A stretch of 64,000 bases of DNA from Fidelibacterota bacterium (GTDB taxonomy: Bacteria > Fidelibacterota > Marinisomatia > Marinisomatales > S15-B10). Where the stretch lies: positions 1-64,000 of the forward strand of contig JBHIAI010000001.1 of the NCBI GenBank assembly GCA_046861655.1, written 5' to 3'. The first letter of the stretch is position 1; each line of letters starts with the position of its first letter. Made by a program: the position numbers and the translations under genes. Positions 36,575-45,636 of the stretch are shown one piece after another. The notes under the pieces were generated by a model, which saw only the letters and a list, made by a program, of their open reading frames with translations, had not been told where the DNA came from and did no database searches.

Positions 36575-37129
36575 ATGGCCTACATAAGGGTGATTTCCCC
36601 CGAAGGGGCAGAGGGAACGGTGAAGGTGGAGTACGAGAAGGGGATTCGCCGGGCGGGCCGGGTGTCTAACATCTTGAAAATCATGAGCCTGAGCCCTGAG
36701 TCTCTGAAGACCTCTATGCGGTTTTATTTGGCCGTTATGAAGGGGCCGTCAGCGTTGTCGCGGGCCCAGAGGGAACTGCTGGCGACGGTAGTTTCTCATT
36801 CCAACGACTGCTTCTACTGACTTGAATCCCATGGCGACGACTTCCGGGCTGAAGTCAAGGATGATCGGCTGGCCGAACACGTGAAGAGGGACTGGAGGAC
36901 GGCTCCCCTTAGTGAGGCGGACCGGGCCCTGTGCCGGTGGGCGGTGAAACTGACTCTAAGCCCGTCCCAGATGACGGGGGAAGATGTGAACGGCCTTCGC
37001 AAGGCCGGATTCTCCGATGAAGCCATCAGCGACGCTGCCCAGGTGGTGGGGTATTTCAACTACATCAACCGGATCGCCGATGGGCTCGGAGTTGATCCCG
37101 AACCGGAGATGGTGAAGAAAAAGCGCTGA
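36575..37129 (+). CDS. AhpD/CMD-like peroxidase, probable selenoprotein (UGA 36818-36820 = Sec, C-F-Y-U motif)
   Basis: The two track ORFs 36575..36820 and 36881..37129 are in one frame, separated only by TGA. Read-through gives a 184-aa AhpD-like protein: LSRAQRELLATVVS..NDCFYU..SH...YFNYINRIADGLG. Confidence 0.85.
36821..36862 (+). promoter_or_regulatory. Candidate bacterial SECIS hairpin
   Basis: GACTTC(36839-44)-CGGGCT-GAAGTC(36851-56) perfect stem with a G-rich loop about 25 nt after UGA; possible lower stem ATCC/GGAT. Confidence 0.65.
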
Positions 37130-37220
37130 ATTTATGGATTGAGCCTTTGGAGTCGACGGTCGTATATTGTTTCAGATTTCCTCCCGGAAAGACAATCTTG
37201 CCTCAGGAGGGTGCACCTAG

Positions 37221-37907
37221 ATGAGCCCTAAGAAACTGATTTCCTTTCTTATCATGTTTTCCTTTCTCTGTTATGATATCGCCTTGGCGTTCGCCCCTCA
37301 AGATGACAAAATCACGATTGCCATCGTGGATTTCAGGAATACGGGCCAGGACATGGATCTCAATTATTTGGAGAAGACTATTCCCGAGGCCATCATCACC
37401 CGGATGGCCAGAGGCGGCCAGCTGGAAATCGTGGAGCGGGCCCGCATGCAGGAGGCCCTCAAGGAGATGCAACTGGGGATGGCCGGAGTGGTGGACGAGC
37501 AGACGGCGGTCGAACTGGGACGGGCGGTAGGAGCCAGCGCGATTCTTCTTGGCAGTTTTGTTTCCATTGGTGAGGTAATCCGGATCAACGCCCGGCTGAT
37601 TGATGTTCAAACCAGTAGAATCATCAAGGCCGAGAGCGTTCAAGGACAGGTGGGAGAGGAGATTTTTGACCTGATGGACCAGATGGCCGAGTCCATGGAA
37701 ACCCAGTTGGTGGGCGAAACAGGCAGAACCGTTCAAGTTCAGCCCATCCCTGTAACCCGGGAAGAAAGGAAGGAAGAAAAGGAAAGAAAGCCTTTGTTCA
37801 GCAGGTGGTGGTTCTGGGCCGGCGTAGCAGTGGCTGGCGGAGTGGCTGTGCTTCTGCTGACCCAGGAAAAGACATCTACAGTGAATATCACGGTCAATAT
37901 TCCATGA
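37221..37907 (+). CDS. CsgG/FlgO-like exported protein
   Basis: IAIVDF, IVER...ALKE.QLG..G.VD..TAVELG..VGA, INARLIDV; C-terminal hydrophobic segment after WWFW. Confidence 0.82.
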   Translation: MSPKKLISFLIMFSFLCYDIALAFAPQDDKITIAIVDFRNTGQDMDLNYLEKTIPEAIITRMARGGQLEIVERARMQEALKEMQLGMAGVVDEQTAVELGRAVGASAILLGSFVSIGEVIRINARLIDVQTSRIIKAESVQGQVGEEIFDLMDQMAESMETQLVGETGRTVQVQPIPVTREERKEEKERKPLFSRWWFWAGVAVAGGVAVLLLTQEKTSTVNITVNIP

Positions 37908-37937
37908 TAACGATAGGGTAGCGTACGGGTCAACACC

Positions 37938-39335
37938 ATGCATTTAAAGCACATCATCTTCTCAGTCATGGCCGTTCTTATGGGTTTTTCTTGTTCACAC
38001 AAAAACCCCCTTGCTGGAGGTGAGGGCGATAGCACGGTGAGCATGGAGATATTGTTTGTGGAGAATGGGTCTCACCTTGGATCTGACGGACTGGGAAAAG
38101 TGGCAACAATTACCGAGGTCACGGTCACGGTGACGGGCCCGGATATGAGTACGGTGACGGAGGCGCTAACGGTTGATTTAGAGAACAATCGGGCTACGGG
38201 TTCTGTCGAGGTGCCCAAGGGTGATGACCGGACGTTCGAGGTGGATGGGGAAGATGCGAATGGGATCGTTCAGTTCAGTGGTTCAGCGACGAAGAACATC
38301 ACGAAGGATACGGAGACAGTGGAGATTGACGTGTCCTGGATCCCGCCCGATCCTGCCGATGTGACCATCTCCAATATCACCAGCTCCACCGTGAACATAT
38401 CTTGGACTGCCACGGATGCTTCCGATTTTTACTTTTATCGTATCCTCCTTTCAACCTCTCCCCAGTTGGATGTTACAGATGATCAGCTTGGAGACGACAT
38501 ATATGATCGTGACGCTACAAGTTGGACTATTTCTGAGTTGACGGACAACACGACCTATTATGTCGCCGTGATTGTAGTGGATACGGAATTGTGGTTCACG
38601 AGTGGTCTGCAGTTTGGTACTCAAAGCTCAATTGTCCAGAGTTTCACTACTGCACAGTCGCTTCTGCTAAGCTATGATGACGATTCCATGGAGTACGTCG
38701 TTTCGACGGAAGGATCAGGATATGGATATTTTGTCTTTTTTACCTGTCCATCCTATCCATGCTATATCAGAGGTACTGGACTCTATCTCCAGGACACCTC
38801 CGACGAGGACGATAACTACCGTTTGGTAATATCAACCAGTGAAAACATCCTGGACCAGGTAGCACCCACCATTGCGGGAGAAGATTGGGTTTGGTTTGAT
38901 ATGGATTTGATTTGGGAGACCCGGGATCAGGGCACTGTAGCAGAAGATTTCATTGCAGGTTTCCAATACACTAAGGACAACGGCTGGCCAAAAATTGGAA
39001 TGGATGACACGTCGCCATCTTCAGGACGGTCATTCAGGTACAACCCCTCTGCGGGCGAATTTGAGACGAGGGACTATGATTTGGGAATAAGAATGATCGT
39101 GGAAATAGGAGGCGGCGGGAGCACTGTGGTTGCCAATCAGGAAGTCCCAACTGAGATTGACAAGAGGTTTAGTATTCGCCCACCGACACTCCTAAGGCAT
39201 ACCAAGGGTCCTGGGGTAGAGCATCGCATAGCTGCAAAAAGACCGGTATTCGGAGGATCATCGAATGGTTCGGAAGCCGGTCATTTATTCGATTCAGCTT
39301 CAACTACAGGGAAGCCTGCCTTGGATAGAAACTGA
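37938..39335 (+). CDS. Lipoprotein with FN3/Ig-like domains
   Basis: GFSC lipobox; ITSSTVNISW...LTDNTTYY FN3 pattern. Confidence 0.75.
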   Translation: MHLKHIIFSVMAVLMGFSCSHKNPLAGGEGDSTVSMEILFVENGSHLGSDGLGKVATITEVTVTVTGPDMSTVTEALTVDLENNRATGSVEVPKGDDRTFEVDGEDANGIVQFSGSATKNITKDTETVEIDVSWIPPDPADVTISNITSSTVNISWTATDASDFYFYRILLSTSPQLDVTDDQLGDDIYDRDATSWTISELTDNTTYYVAVIVVDTELWFTSGLQFGTQSSIVQSFTTAQSLLLSYDDDSMEYVVSTEGSGYGYFVFFTCPSYPCYIRGTGLYLQDTSDEDDNYRLVISTSENILDQVAPTIAGEDWVWFDMDLIWETRDQGTVAEDFIAGFQYTKDNGWPKIGMDDTSPSSGRSFRYNPSAGEFETRDYDLGIRMIVEIGGGGSTVVANQEVPTEIDKRFSIRPPTLLRHTKGPGVEHRIAAKRPVFGGSSNGSEAGHLFDSASTTGKPALDRN

Positions 39336-39504
39336 GTCACAGTTACTTCTAATCCATCGATCCCAGCCCAGCAGTTACCATTCATACCATTGATAGCGAC
39401 CATGTTGTTCTGTAGATTTTCCCGTCCGTGAGCATGAACGGAAATAGCGTGAGAATAAACTGAACGAGTGGATTTTCCTTAGATAGAAACGGGGGATATT
39501 AATC

Positions 39505-39966
39505 ATAAGAATCTATCTCGTCCAGCACGGTGAGTCCCAGTTCAAGGAAGTTGACCCCGAGCGGGGATTGACGGACAAAGGTAAGGAAGACGTTACCCGG
39601 GTGGCGGCCCTTCTTATCAAGGGGGGTGTTCTGGTAAAGCGGATTCTGCACAGCGGCAAGAAAAGAGCCGAACAGACCGCCCTGTTGCTACAGGACTGTC
39701 TGGCTCCAGGAGGTGAATTCGGTGAAACCGACGGCATTGCCCCTCTTGATTCGATAGAGCCGGTGGCTGAAGAGGTGCAGGATTGGCAGGAAGACACCAT
39801 GCTGGTGGGGCATCTCCCGTTCATGGCAAAACTCGTTTCCCGATTGACTTGCGGGGATGAAGATGCGGCCCTGGTGGAATTCAAACCCGGCTCAGTGGTG
39901 TGCCTGGAACGGCAGGAGACGGGAGCCTGGGTCATGGCCTGGATGGTCCGACCGGAATTGCTTTAA
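39505..39966 (+). CDS. sixA: Phosphohistidine phosphatase SixA (apparent ATA start)
   Basis: xRIYLVQHGE lies upstream of the track start; LT.KG, HSGKKRAEQTA, LVGHLP. Confidence 0.85.
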   Translation: MRIYLVQHGESQFKEVDPERGLTDKGKEDVTRVAALLIKGGVLVKRILHSGKKRAEQTALLLQDCLAPGGEFGETDGIAPLDSIEPVAEEVQDWQEDTMLVGHLPFMAKLVSRLTCGDEDAALVEFKPGSVVCLERQETGAWVMAWMVRPELL

Positions 39967-40161
39967 CGACAATCTACATTCTTTGACCAGCGGGTGATTT
40001 TTGACAGGTAAGAAAGATGAGCCTTTTAAGATAGAAAAGGACTACAGCCCAATCAAAAATGACGCCCCTGCGCTTGAGAAAGCTCAGGGGCGGCTTATGT
40101 CCCAAATAAGGACCGAGATAGGAAATAGTGGAGGCTGAGAACTGGGGAAGCCGGATTTCAC

Positions 40162-40190
40162 TTGACTTTACCAATGAAGTATAGTATACT
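40162..40190 (+). promoter_or_regulatory. sigma70 promoter of the ATPase gene
   Basis: TTGACT-N17-TATACT. Confidence 0.7.
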
Positions 40191-40218
40191 TTGAAGTATA
40201 ATACTTGTAAGTATACAA
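40182..40218 (+). repeat. Left copy of 37-bp imperfect inverted repeat flanking the ATPase gene
   Basis: TAGTATAC-TTTG-AAGTATAATACT-TGTAA-GTATACAA. Confidence 0.8.
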
Positions 40219-40231
40219 ACAGCCATAGGGG

Positions 40232-41629
40232 ATGTTCGTCGACCGAATTAAGGAACTCAGGCATCTGAACCGCGTCTTCAAAGGAGGTGGAGCCCGTCTT
40301 CTCATTGTCTATGGTCGACGGCGGGTTGGCAAGACCGAACTTCTCAGACAATTCTTAAAGGACAAAAAGCACCTGTTTTTTTCATCCGATCTTTCTTCCG
40401 AGCACGAGCAACTCAGACAATTCACGGAAAGGATATATCAACTGACGAACGATTCATTTTTGCAGGAGCAACCTTTTACCTCCTGGGAAGCTTTATTAAG
40501 ATATGTTTTTGACAATGTTGACGATAACGTACCTATCGTCATCGATGAATTCCCTTACTTATGTCTCAGCAATCGTGCGCTTCCCTCCGTACTGCAGAAA
40601 ATCTGGGACGAGAGAGTCTCTACAAGTGAGATCTTTCTTGTGTTATGTGGATCTTACATGAGTTTTATGGAAAAAGAGGTATTGAGTAGCAAAAGTCCGT
40701 TATTTGGGCGACGGTCTGGACAAATGGTTCTCCAGCCGTTGGGCTTTCACGACATCGGCGGTTTTTTCCCTAGTTATTCAATCTGGCAAAGGGTTCACGT
40801 TTATGCGATACTTGGAGGCACCCCGGCTTATCTATTGCGATTCAGTGATAAAAAGACGATAGAGAAGAATATAAAGGATGAGATCTTGAACAAACACGCC
40901 ATGCTTTATAGTGAGCCTCGTTTCTTACTTTTGGAAGAATTGCGCGAACCGTCCACCTACTTTTCAATACTCAGGGCGGTAGCCTTTGGGAAAACAAGAT
41001 TGAATGAGATAGTTCTGGAGACAGGAATAAGTGACAGGCACAAGGTAAACAAATACCTGGCAGTTCTTCGTGAGTTGCACATAATCAGAAGGGAAGTCCC
41101 TGTTACTGAGGATAAACCTCACAAATCTAGAAAAGGCATCTACAAGCTTGAGGATCCGTTTTTCAGATTTTGGTTCCGGTATGTGTTCCCTAACGTCAGT
41201 TATCTTGAGGAAGGTGACATCGATTATGTGTGGACGGAAAAAATAAAGGTTGACCTTGGTAGCTTTATTGGATTCATATTTGAAGACATATGCATACAGC
41301 AGATGAAAAGGCTAAACCGTAATGGTGAACTGCCGTTCAAAGCAAAAAAGATCGGGCGATGGTGGGATGCAAAAGATGAGATTGATATTGTTGCTTTAGA
41401 TGATGCCAGTTCGTACCTGTTTTGCGAATGCAAGTGGACGGGCAGAAAAATCGGATTAGATGTATTGAATCAGTTGCAACATAAGGCAGACAGATTTTCG
41501 GGGGTTACAAGAAGATACTTTGGCTTATGGTCAAAGTCAGGTTTTACTGAACAGCTGCAGGATGTCTCTCGGAAACGGACGGATGTTTTGCTGTTCGGCT
41601 TTCCCACGGTGTCACGTGGAGATCGATAG
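40232..41629 (+). CDS. Archaeal-type AAA ATPase (ATPase_2) with wHTH, DUF234 and PD-(D/E)xK-like tail
   Basis: YGRRRVGKT, IVIDEFPY, GGTPAY, DPFFRFWF, EIDIV...ECKW; visibly AT-richer than flanks. Confidence 0.92.
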   Translation: MFVDRIKELRHLNRVFKGGGARLLIVYGRRRVGKTELLRQFLKDKKHLFFSSDLSSEHEQLRQFTERIYQLTNDSFLQEQPFTSWEALLRYVFDNVDDNVPIVIDEFPYLCLSNRALPSVLQKIWDERVSTSEIFLVLCGSYMSFMEKEVLSSKSPLFGRRSGQMVLQPLGFHDIGGFFPSYSIWQRVHVYAILGGTPAYLLRFSDKKTIEKNIKDEILNKHAMLYSEPRFLLLEELREPSTYFSILRAVAFGKTRLNEIVLETGISDRHKVNKYLAVLRELHIIRREVPVTEDKPHKSRKGIYKLEDPFFRFWFRYVFPNVSYLEEGDIDYVWTEKIKVDLGSFIGFIFEDICIQQMKRLNRNGELPFKAKKIGRWWDAKDEIDIVALDDASSYLFCECKWTGRKIGLDVLNQLQHKADRFSGVTRRYFGLWSKSGFTEQLQDVSRKRTDVLLFGFPTVSRGDR

Positions 41630-41630
41630 G

Positions 41631-41667
41631 TTGTATACGGAAGAGTATTATACTTACGCGTATACTA
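41631..41667 (-). repeat. Right (inverted) copy of the 37-bp repeat
   Basis: Reverse complement reads TAGTATAC-GCGT-AAGTATAATACT-CTTCC-GTATACAA. Confidence 0.8.
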
Positions 41668-41803
41668 CGTTATGGGAAAACTTGTTTTCTGGGCGGTTAC
41701 GGCGAAAGACAGCGTCCTTACTTTCACCCCCCAGAGTCCCTAAATTACCGGCCAGTCAAAGGCCCAGCCCTTGACGGGATGGCAATTAGATCGGCGACCG
41801 TTC

Positions 41804-42310
41804 ATGAAAGGTGTTATGACAATTCTTCTTTCAGTGGCGATGGCATCGGGGGGCGATAACAAACTGGCTATCGGAGATCTTGCCCCCGATTTCGCCCTTC
41901 CGGACGAACAGGGAAAGATCCATACCCTTTCCGAGTACAGAGGTCAGAGGGTGGTGGTCTATTTCTATCCGAAAGACGACACTCCAGGGTGCATCAAGGA
42001 AGCCTGCAATTTCCGTGACAATTTTGACCTTTTCGAGAGAGAGAAGATCAAAGTCTTTGGCATCAGCTACGACACTCCGGAGTCCCATGAGAAGTTCAAG
42101 GAAAAATACGACCTTCCTTTCACCTTGTTGAGTGATGCCCATGGAAAAGTGACAAAGGCATACGGTGCCTACAGACCCCTTTTCCCCAAGCGGATCACCT
42201 TTTTGCTTGATGAGGAAGGAAAGATTCTAAGGGTGTATGACAAGGTCAGCGTCACCACGCACGGGGAGGATGTTCTCGAGTTTTATTCTTCCCGCAAGAC
42301 AACCCACTAG
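41804..42310 (+). CDS. bcp: Peroxiredoxin BCP/PrxQ with a signal-like leader
   Basis: APDF, YFYPKDDTPGCIKEAC, GIS.D, R.TF. Confidence 0.9.
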   Translation: MKGVMTILLSVAMASGGDNKLAIGDLAPDFALPDEQGKIHTLSEYRGQRVVVYFYPKDDTPGCIKEACNFRDNFDLFEREKIKVFGISYDTPESHEKFKEKYDLPFTLLSDAHGKVTKAYGAYRPLFPKRITFLLDEEGKILRVYDKVSVTTHGEDVLEFYSSRKTTH

Positions 42311-44600
42311 AGCCCTGCCCGGTAGTCGCCGGGCTCTTTTTATCCTGTTATCCCTGGTTGTTCTCCTGTCCATCGGCTGGGGGCAGTCGGGAGTCACTGC
42401 CACATTTTCCGGATACGTTCTCCACGGGGAGTCCGGGGAAGGGCTTCCCGGTGCCAACGTCTATTTTGTCGGGACGGACATCGGGACAGCCTCGAACATT
42501 GATGGTTACTTTGTACTGCCGTCTCTTGAGCCGGGTCCCTACACCGTGAGGGTAACCTATGTGGGGTTTGAGCCCGTTCAGGCGGAAATCATCCTGAAGC
42601 GGGGTGAAGGACTTAAACGGGACTTTGAACTGTCGAGGCACCCACTGGAACTCGAGGGTGTGGAGGTCACCGGTGAGAGGCTGGCGCGAAAGGTGAATAT
42701 TCAGGCCAGCCGGGTGACATTGACTACCCGGCAGCTCCAACAGGTGCCCCAGATTGGAGAAGCCGACCTTTTGAGAACGCTGCAGGCGCTTCCCGGTGTC
42801 CTGACGCCCACAGAATTCAGTACAGGGCTTGTCATCCGCGGAGGGAATACAGATCAGAATCTGATTCTGCTGGATGGGATTACCGTGTACAACCCGTCCC
42901 ATCTGGGGGGCCTGTTTTCCAACTTCATTCTGGACGCGGTGAAACAGGCCGATCTCATCAAGGGGGGATTCAACGCCGAGTACGGGGGCCGACTTTCCGC
43001 CGTCCTGAACGTCCGCAGCCGGGAAGGAAACCAGAACCGGTTTGACGGCAAGGCTTCCCTGTCACTCCTTTCCGCCCAGACTACCCTGGAAGGTGCTCTC
43101 GGGACAGGCGCCTGGCTCGTTGCAGCTAGGAGAACCTACTTCGACCAGATTTTCAGAGGAACCGACCTCTATTTTCCCTACTACTTCTATGATGTCCAGG
43201 GGCACGTCTTCCAGGACTTCACGGAGAGGGACCGGCTCTCCCTCAGCTGGTACGTGGGGAGGGATGATCTGACCCTGGAGGATGTGAACCTCACGGCAGG
43301 ATGGGGGAACCAGACATTCAGCACAAACTACCGGAAGCTCTTCGGCCCCAGGCTTATTTCCCACTGGATGCTGGCCGTGAGCCGATTCGACACCCAGTTT
43401 GATCTGGGCGGGGGATCAGGAGTGGCGAGCGTCAACAGCGTCACGGATAAGACGTTCCGTTCGGACTGGACCTACTTCGTCACCCGGGAAACCCAACTTC
43501 GCATGGGAATTGAACTGAAGGATCTCACGTTCATCTATGAGAACACATGGCTCGATAGCGCCCTGTTCAAGGTCGCACAGTCGCCTCTGGAGGGAGCCAT
43601 CTTTGCCAAGGCAAAACGGTGGCTTACCCCCACCCTCATGGTGGAACCGGGAGTGCGGCTCTCCTATTATGAGAATCACCCCACAAAATGGTATCTCAAC
43701 CCACGACTGGGGATCAAGTATCTCCTAACTGCCGACCGGTATGTCAATCTGGCTGCCGGCGTCTACCGTCAGTTCATTGAAACGGTGCAGGACGATTTCA
43801 ATCCCACCATTCTCGATCAGTGGTTTGCCGTGGACCCCTCGGTGGAGCCCGCCTCCAGCCTCCAGTATCTCATGGGATACGAGGAATTCTTCGGCAAGGT
43901 CTACCGTGTTCAGGCGGAGATCTACTATAAGACGCTGGCAAATATGCTCACGTTCATCGAAAACCGGGCCGCGGCCGATGAGGAAATTTCAGACGAAGCC
44001 CTGGATGACAATTTTGATCTTTCAGACGGTTACGCCTACGGATTTGAACTGTTTGTCCAGAAGGAGTTCGGCCGCCTGAACGGCTGGGTCAGCTACGCCT
44101 ATTCCGTTGCCCGGAAAAGACTTCACCGGAAAGAATACTTTACAAACTGGGACAGGAGACACGCCTTCAACATCGTCGGAAACTTCAGGTTGAACAAAAA
44201 GTGGGACTTGAGCCTGAGGTGGACCTACCAGACAGGTCAGCCGTACACCCCCATCCTGGGGTACTACTTTGAAACACTGCCGTGGGAAGCCGAACCCTTT
44301 TACCGGTCCATCCCCGGTGGCAGGAATTCCGTCAGGTATCCCCCCTATCACCGTCTGGACCTGGCGGCGGAGCGGCATTTCAGACTCTGGGGAGTCGAGG
44401 TGGACCTTCTCCTTCAGGTGGTGAACACCTACTGGCGAAAGAATGTGTTCCGCTACGTCTACCACTTCGGCGATCCTCACAACGGTATCGATGATGATCA
44501 CGATGGTCGAATCGATGAACCCGATGAAGGGATCCCCCAGCGCGTACGTGTTACCGTCTTCCCCATTCTCCCCAGTATCGGGGTCAAGGTCGATTTCTGA
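42270..44600 (+). CDS. TonB-dependent receptor with N-terminal CarboxypepD_reg domain (start uncertain)
   Basis: GEGLPGANV, LQALPGV, IRGG..DQN.ILLDG, YHRLD, C-terminal F. Confidence 0.92.
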   Translation: MFSSFILPARQPTRALPGSRRALFILLSLVVLLSIGWGQSGVTATFSGYVLHGESGEGLPGANVYFVGTDIGTASNIDGYFVLPSLEPGPYTVRVTYVGFEPVQAEIILKRGEGLKRDFELSRHPLELEGVEVTGERLARKVNIQASRVTLTTRQLQQVPQIGEADLLRTLQALPGVLTPTEFSTGLVIRGGNTDQNLILLDGITVYNPSHLGGLFSNFILDAVKQADLIKGGFNAEYGGRLSAVLNVRSREGNQNRFDGKASLSLLSAQTTLEGALGTGAWLVAARRTYFDQIFRGTDLYFPYYFYDVQGHVFQDFTERDRLSLSWYVGRDDLTLEDVNLTAGWGNQTFSTNYRKLFGPRLISHWMLAVSRFDTQFDLGGGSGVASVNSVTDKTFRSDWTYFVTRETQLRMGIELKDLTFIYENTWLDSALFKVAQSPLEGAIFAKAKRWLTPTLMVEPGVRLSYYENHPTKWYLNPRLGIKYLLTADRYVNLAAGVYRQFIETVQDDFNPTILDQWFAVDPSVEPASSLQYLMGYEEFFGKVYRVQAEIYYKTLANMLTFIENRAAADEEISDEALDDNFDLSDGYAYGFELFVQKEFGRLNGWVSYAYSVARKRLHRKEYFTNWDRRHAFNIVGNFRLNKKWDLSLRWTYQTGQPYTPILGYYFETLPWEAEPFYRSIPGGRNSVRYPPYHRLDLAAERHFRLWGVEVDLLLQVVNTYWRKNVFRYVYHFGDPHNGIDDDHDGRIDEPDEGIPQRVRVTVFPILPSIGVKVDF

Positions 44601-45619
44601 TGCGGACAGTGCCTTACCGCCGCCTCATTCTTCTGGCCCTTTTTTGGCTTCCCCTTTCGTGCGAGCTTCCCGTGGAACAGAATCCGTACGAAGACAGGCT
44701 GGTAGTCTTCGGCAATCTCGTGGCCAATGTGCCCGTCCTGGATACCGTGTTTGTCTCCCTCTCCTACAGGATTGAAGAACCCCACCAGGAGGCGGTGAAA
44801 TGGATCTCCGACGCTGACGTCAAGCTAATGACGGGCGATGATTCCTTTCCTCTCTATCCTGTGGTGGGGAAACCTGGCCGGTATCTCGACACCACGTTTT
44901 CCCACATGATTCAACCCAGTATGACCTATCACCTGGAGGTCACCTGGCAGGGGTACGAGGCCAGGGCCACCACTACAGTCCCTGACACCTTTTCTCTCCA
45001 GAGCATACCGTCATCGCAGTGGAGCTGCAACGGTGAGCCCCAGGGGGTACCGGCCATCGACCTGCACATGGATGAGAACACTCCGGAAAAAATCCAGCAG
45101 GCTCTGGTGACCGGCGATTACAGCCGTGTGGCCCTGGACACCGTTGTGTATAAAGAGGGTGAGTGCTGGTCGGCCAGTTTCGCCTCCATTCCTCTGTTCG
45201 TCCTCCAATGGGAGGCGGATACCCAACCTGGGCTGGTACGCATTGTCAGTCTTGCCCTGAAGGATACGGTCACCAATGCCATCGTGGACACCTCCCTTTC
45301 AGCCGCAGCGTTTAAGGGACCCATGTACAGGGATGAGGACGGAAACTACTACCGGCCCAACCCTTTTGTCTGGAATACCACCCGGCCCGAACAGCCCATG
45401 AACTGGATCTATTTCAACTACTATGGTCCTCACCTGATCACCGTTGTGGCCATGGATCAGACTATCCATGACTATTTTCAGGGAGATCCATTTCGCATAA
45501 ACCAGTATGTTCTTCCTGAAGGAAACATTGAAGGGGGATACGGCCTCTTCTCCTCCTCATTCGTTCGCCCTTTTCTCGTCTATGTGGCTCGGGACACGTC
45601 AGACAACGGACGGCACTGA
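44600..45619 (+). CDS. DUF4249-like lipoprotein partner of the TonB receptor
   Basis: PLSC lipobox; ATTTVP, NIEGGYGLF. Confidence 0.8.
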   Translation: MRTVPYRRLILLALFWLPLSCELPVEQNPYEDRLVVFGNLVANVPVLDTVFVSLSYRIEEPHQEAVKWISDADVKLMTGDDSFPLYPVVGKPGRYLDTTFSHMIQPSMTYHLEVTWQGYEARATTTVPDTFSLQSIPSSQWSCNGEPQGVPAIDLHMDENTPEKIQQALVTGDYSRVALDTVVYKEGECWSASFASIPLFVLQWEADTQPGLVRIVSLALKDTVTNAIVDTSLSAAAFKGPMYRDEDGNYYRPNPFVWNTTRPEQPMNWIYFNYYGPHLITVVAMDQTIHDYFQGDPFRINQYVLPEGNIEGGYGLFSSSFVRPFLVYVARDTSDNGRH

Positions 45620-45636
45620 AGCCTTCCTCAGAAACT

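Noticed and set aside
36818..36880. AhpD as a nonsense pseudogene or two separate genes
   Set aside because: The stop sits exactly at the redox Cys position with a hairpin behind it and no other lesions; Sec is the simpler reading, though not proven.
40182..41667. Classical IS element
   Set aside because: No transposase motifs and no target-site duplication that I could see; reported instead as an unexplained inverted-repeat cassette.
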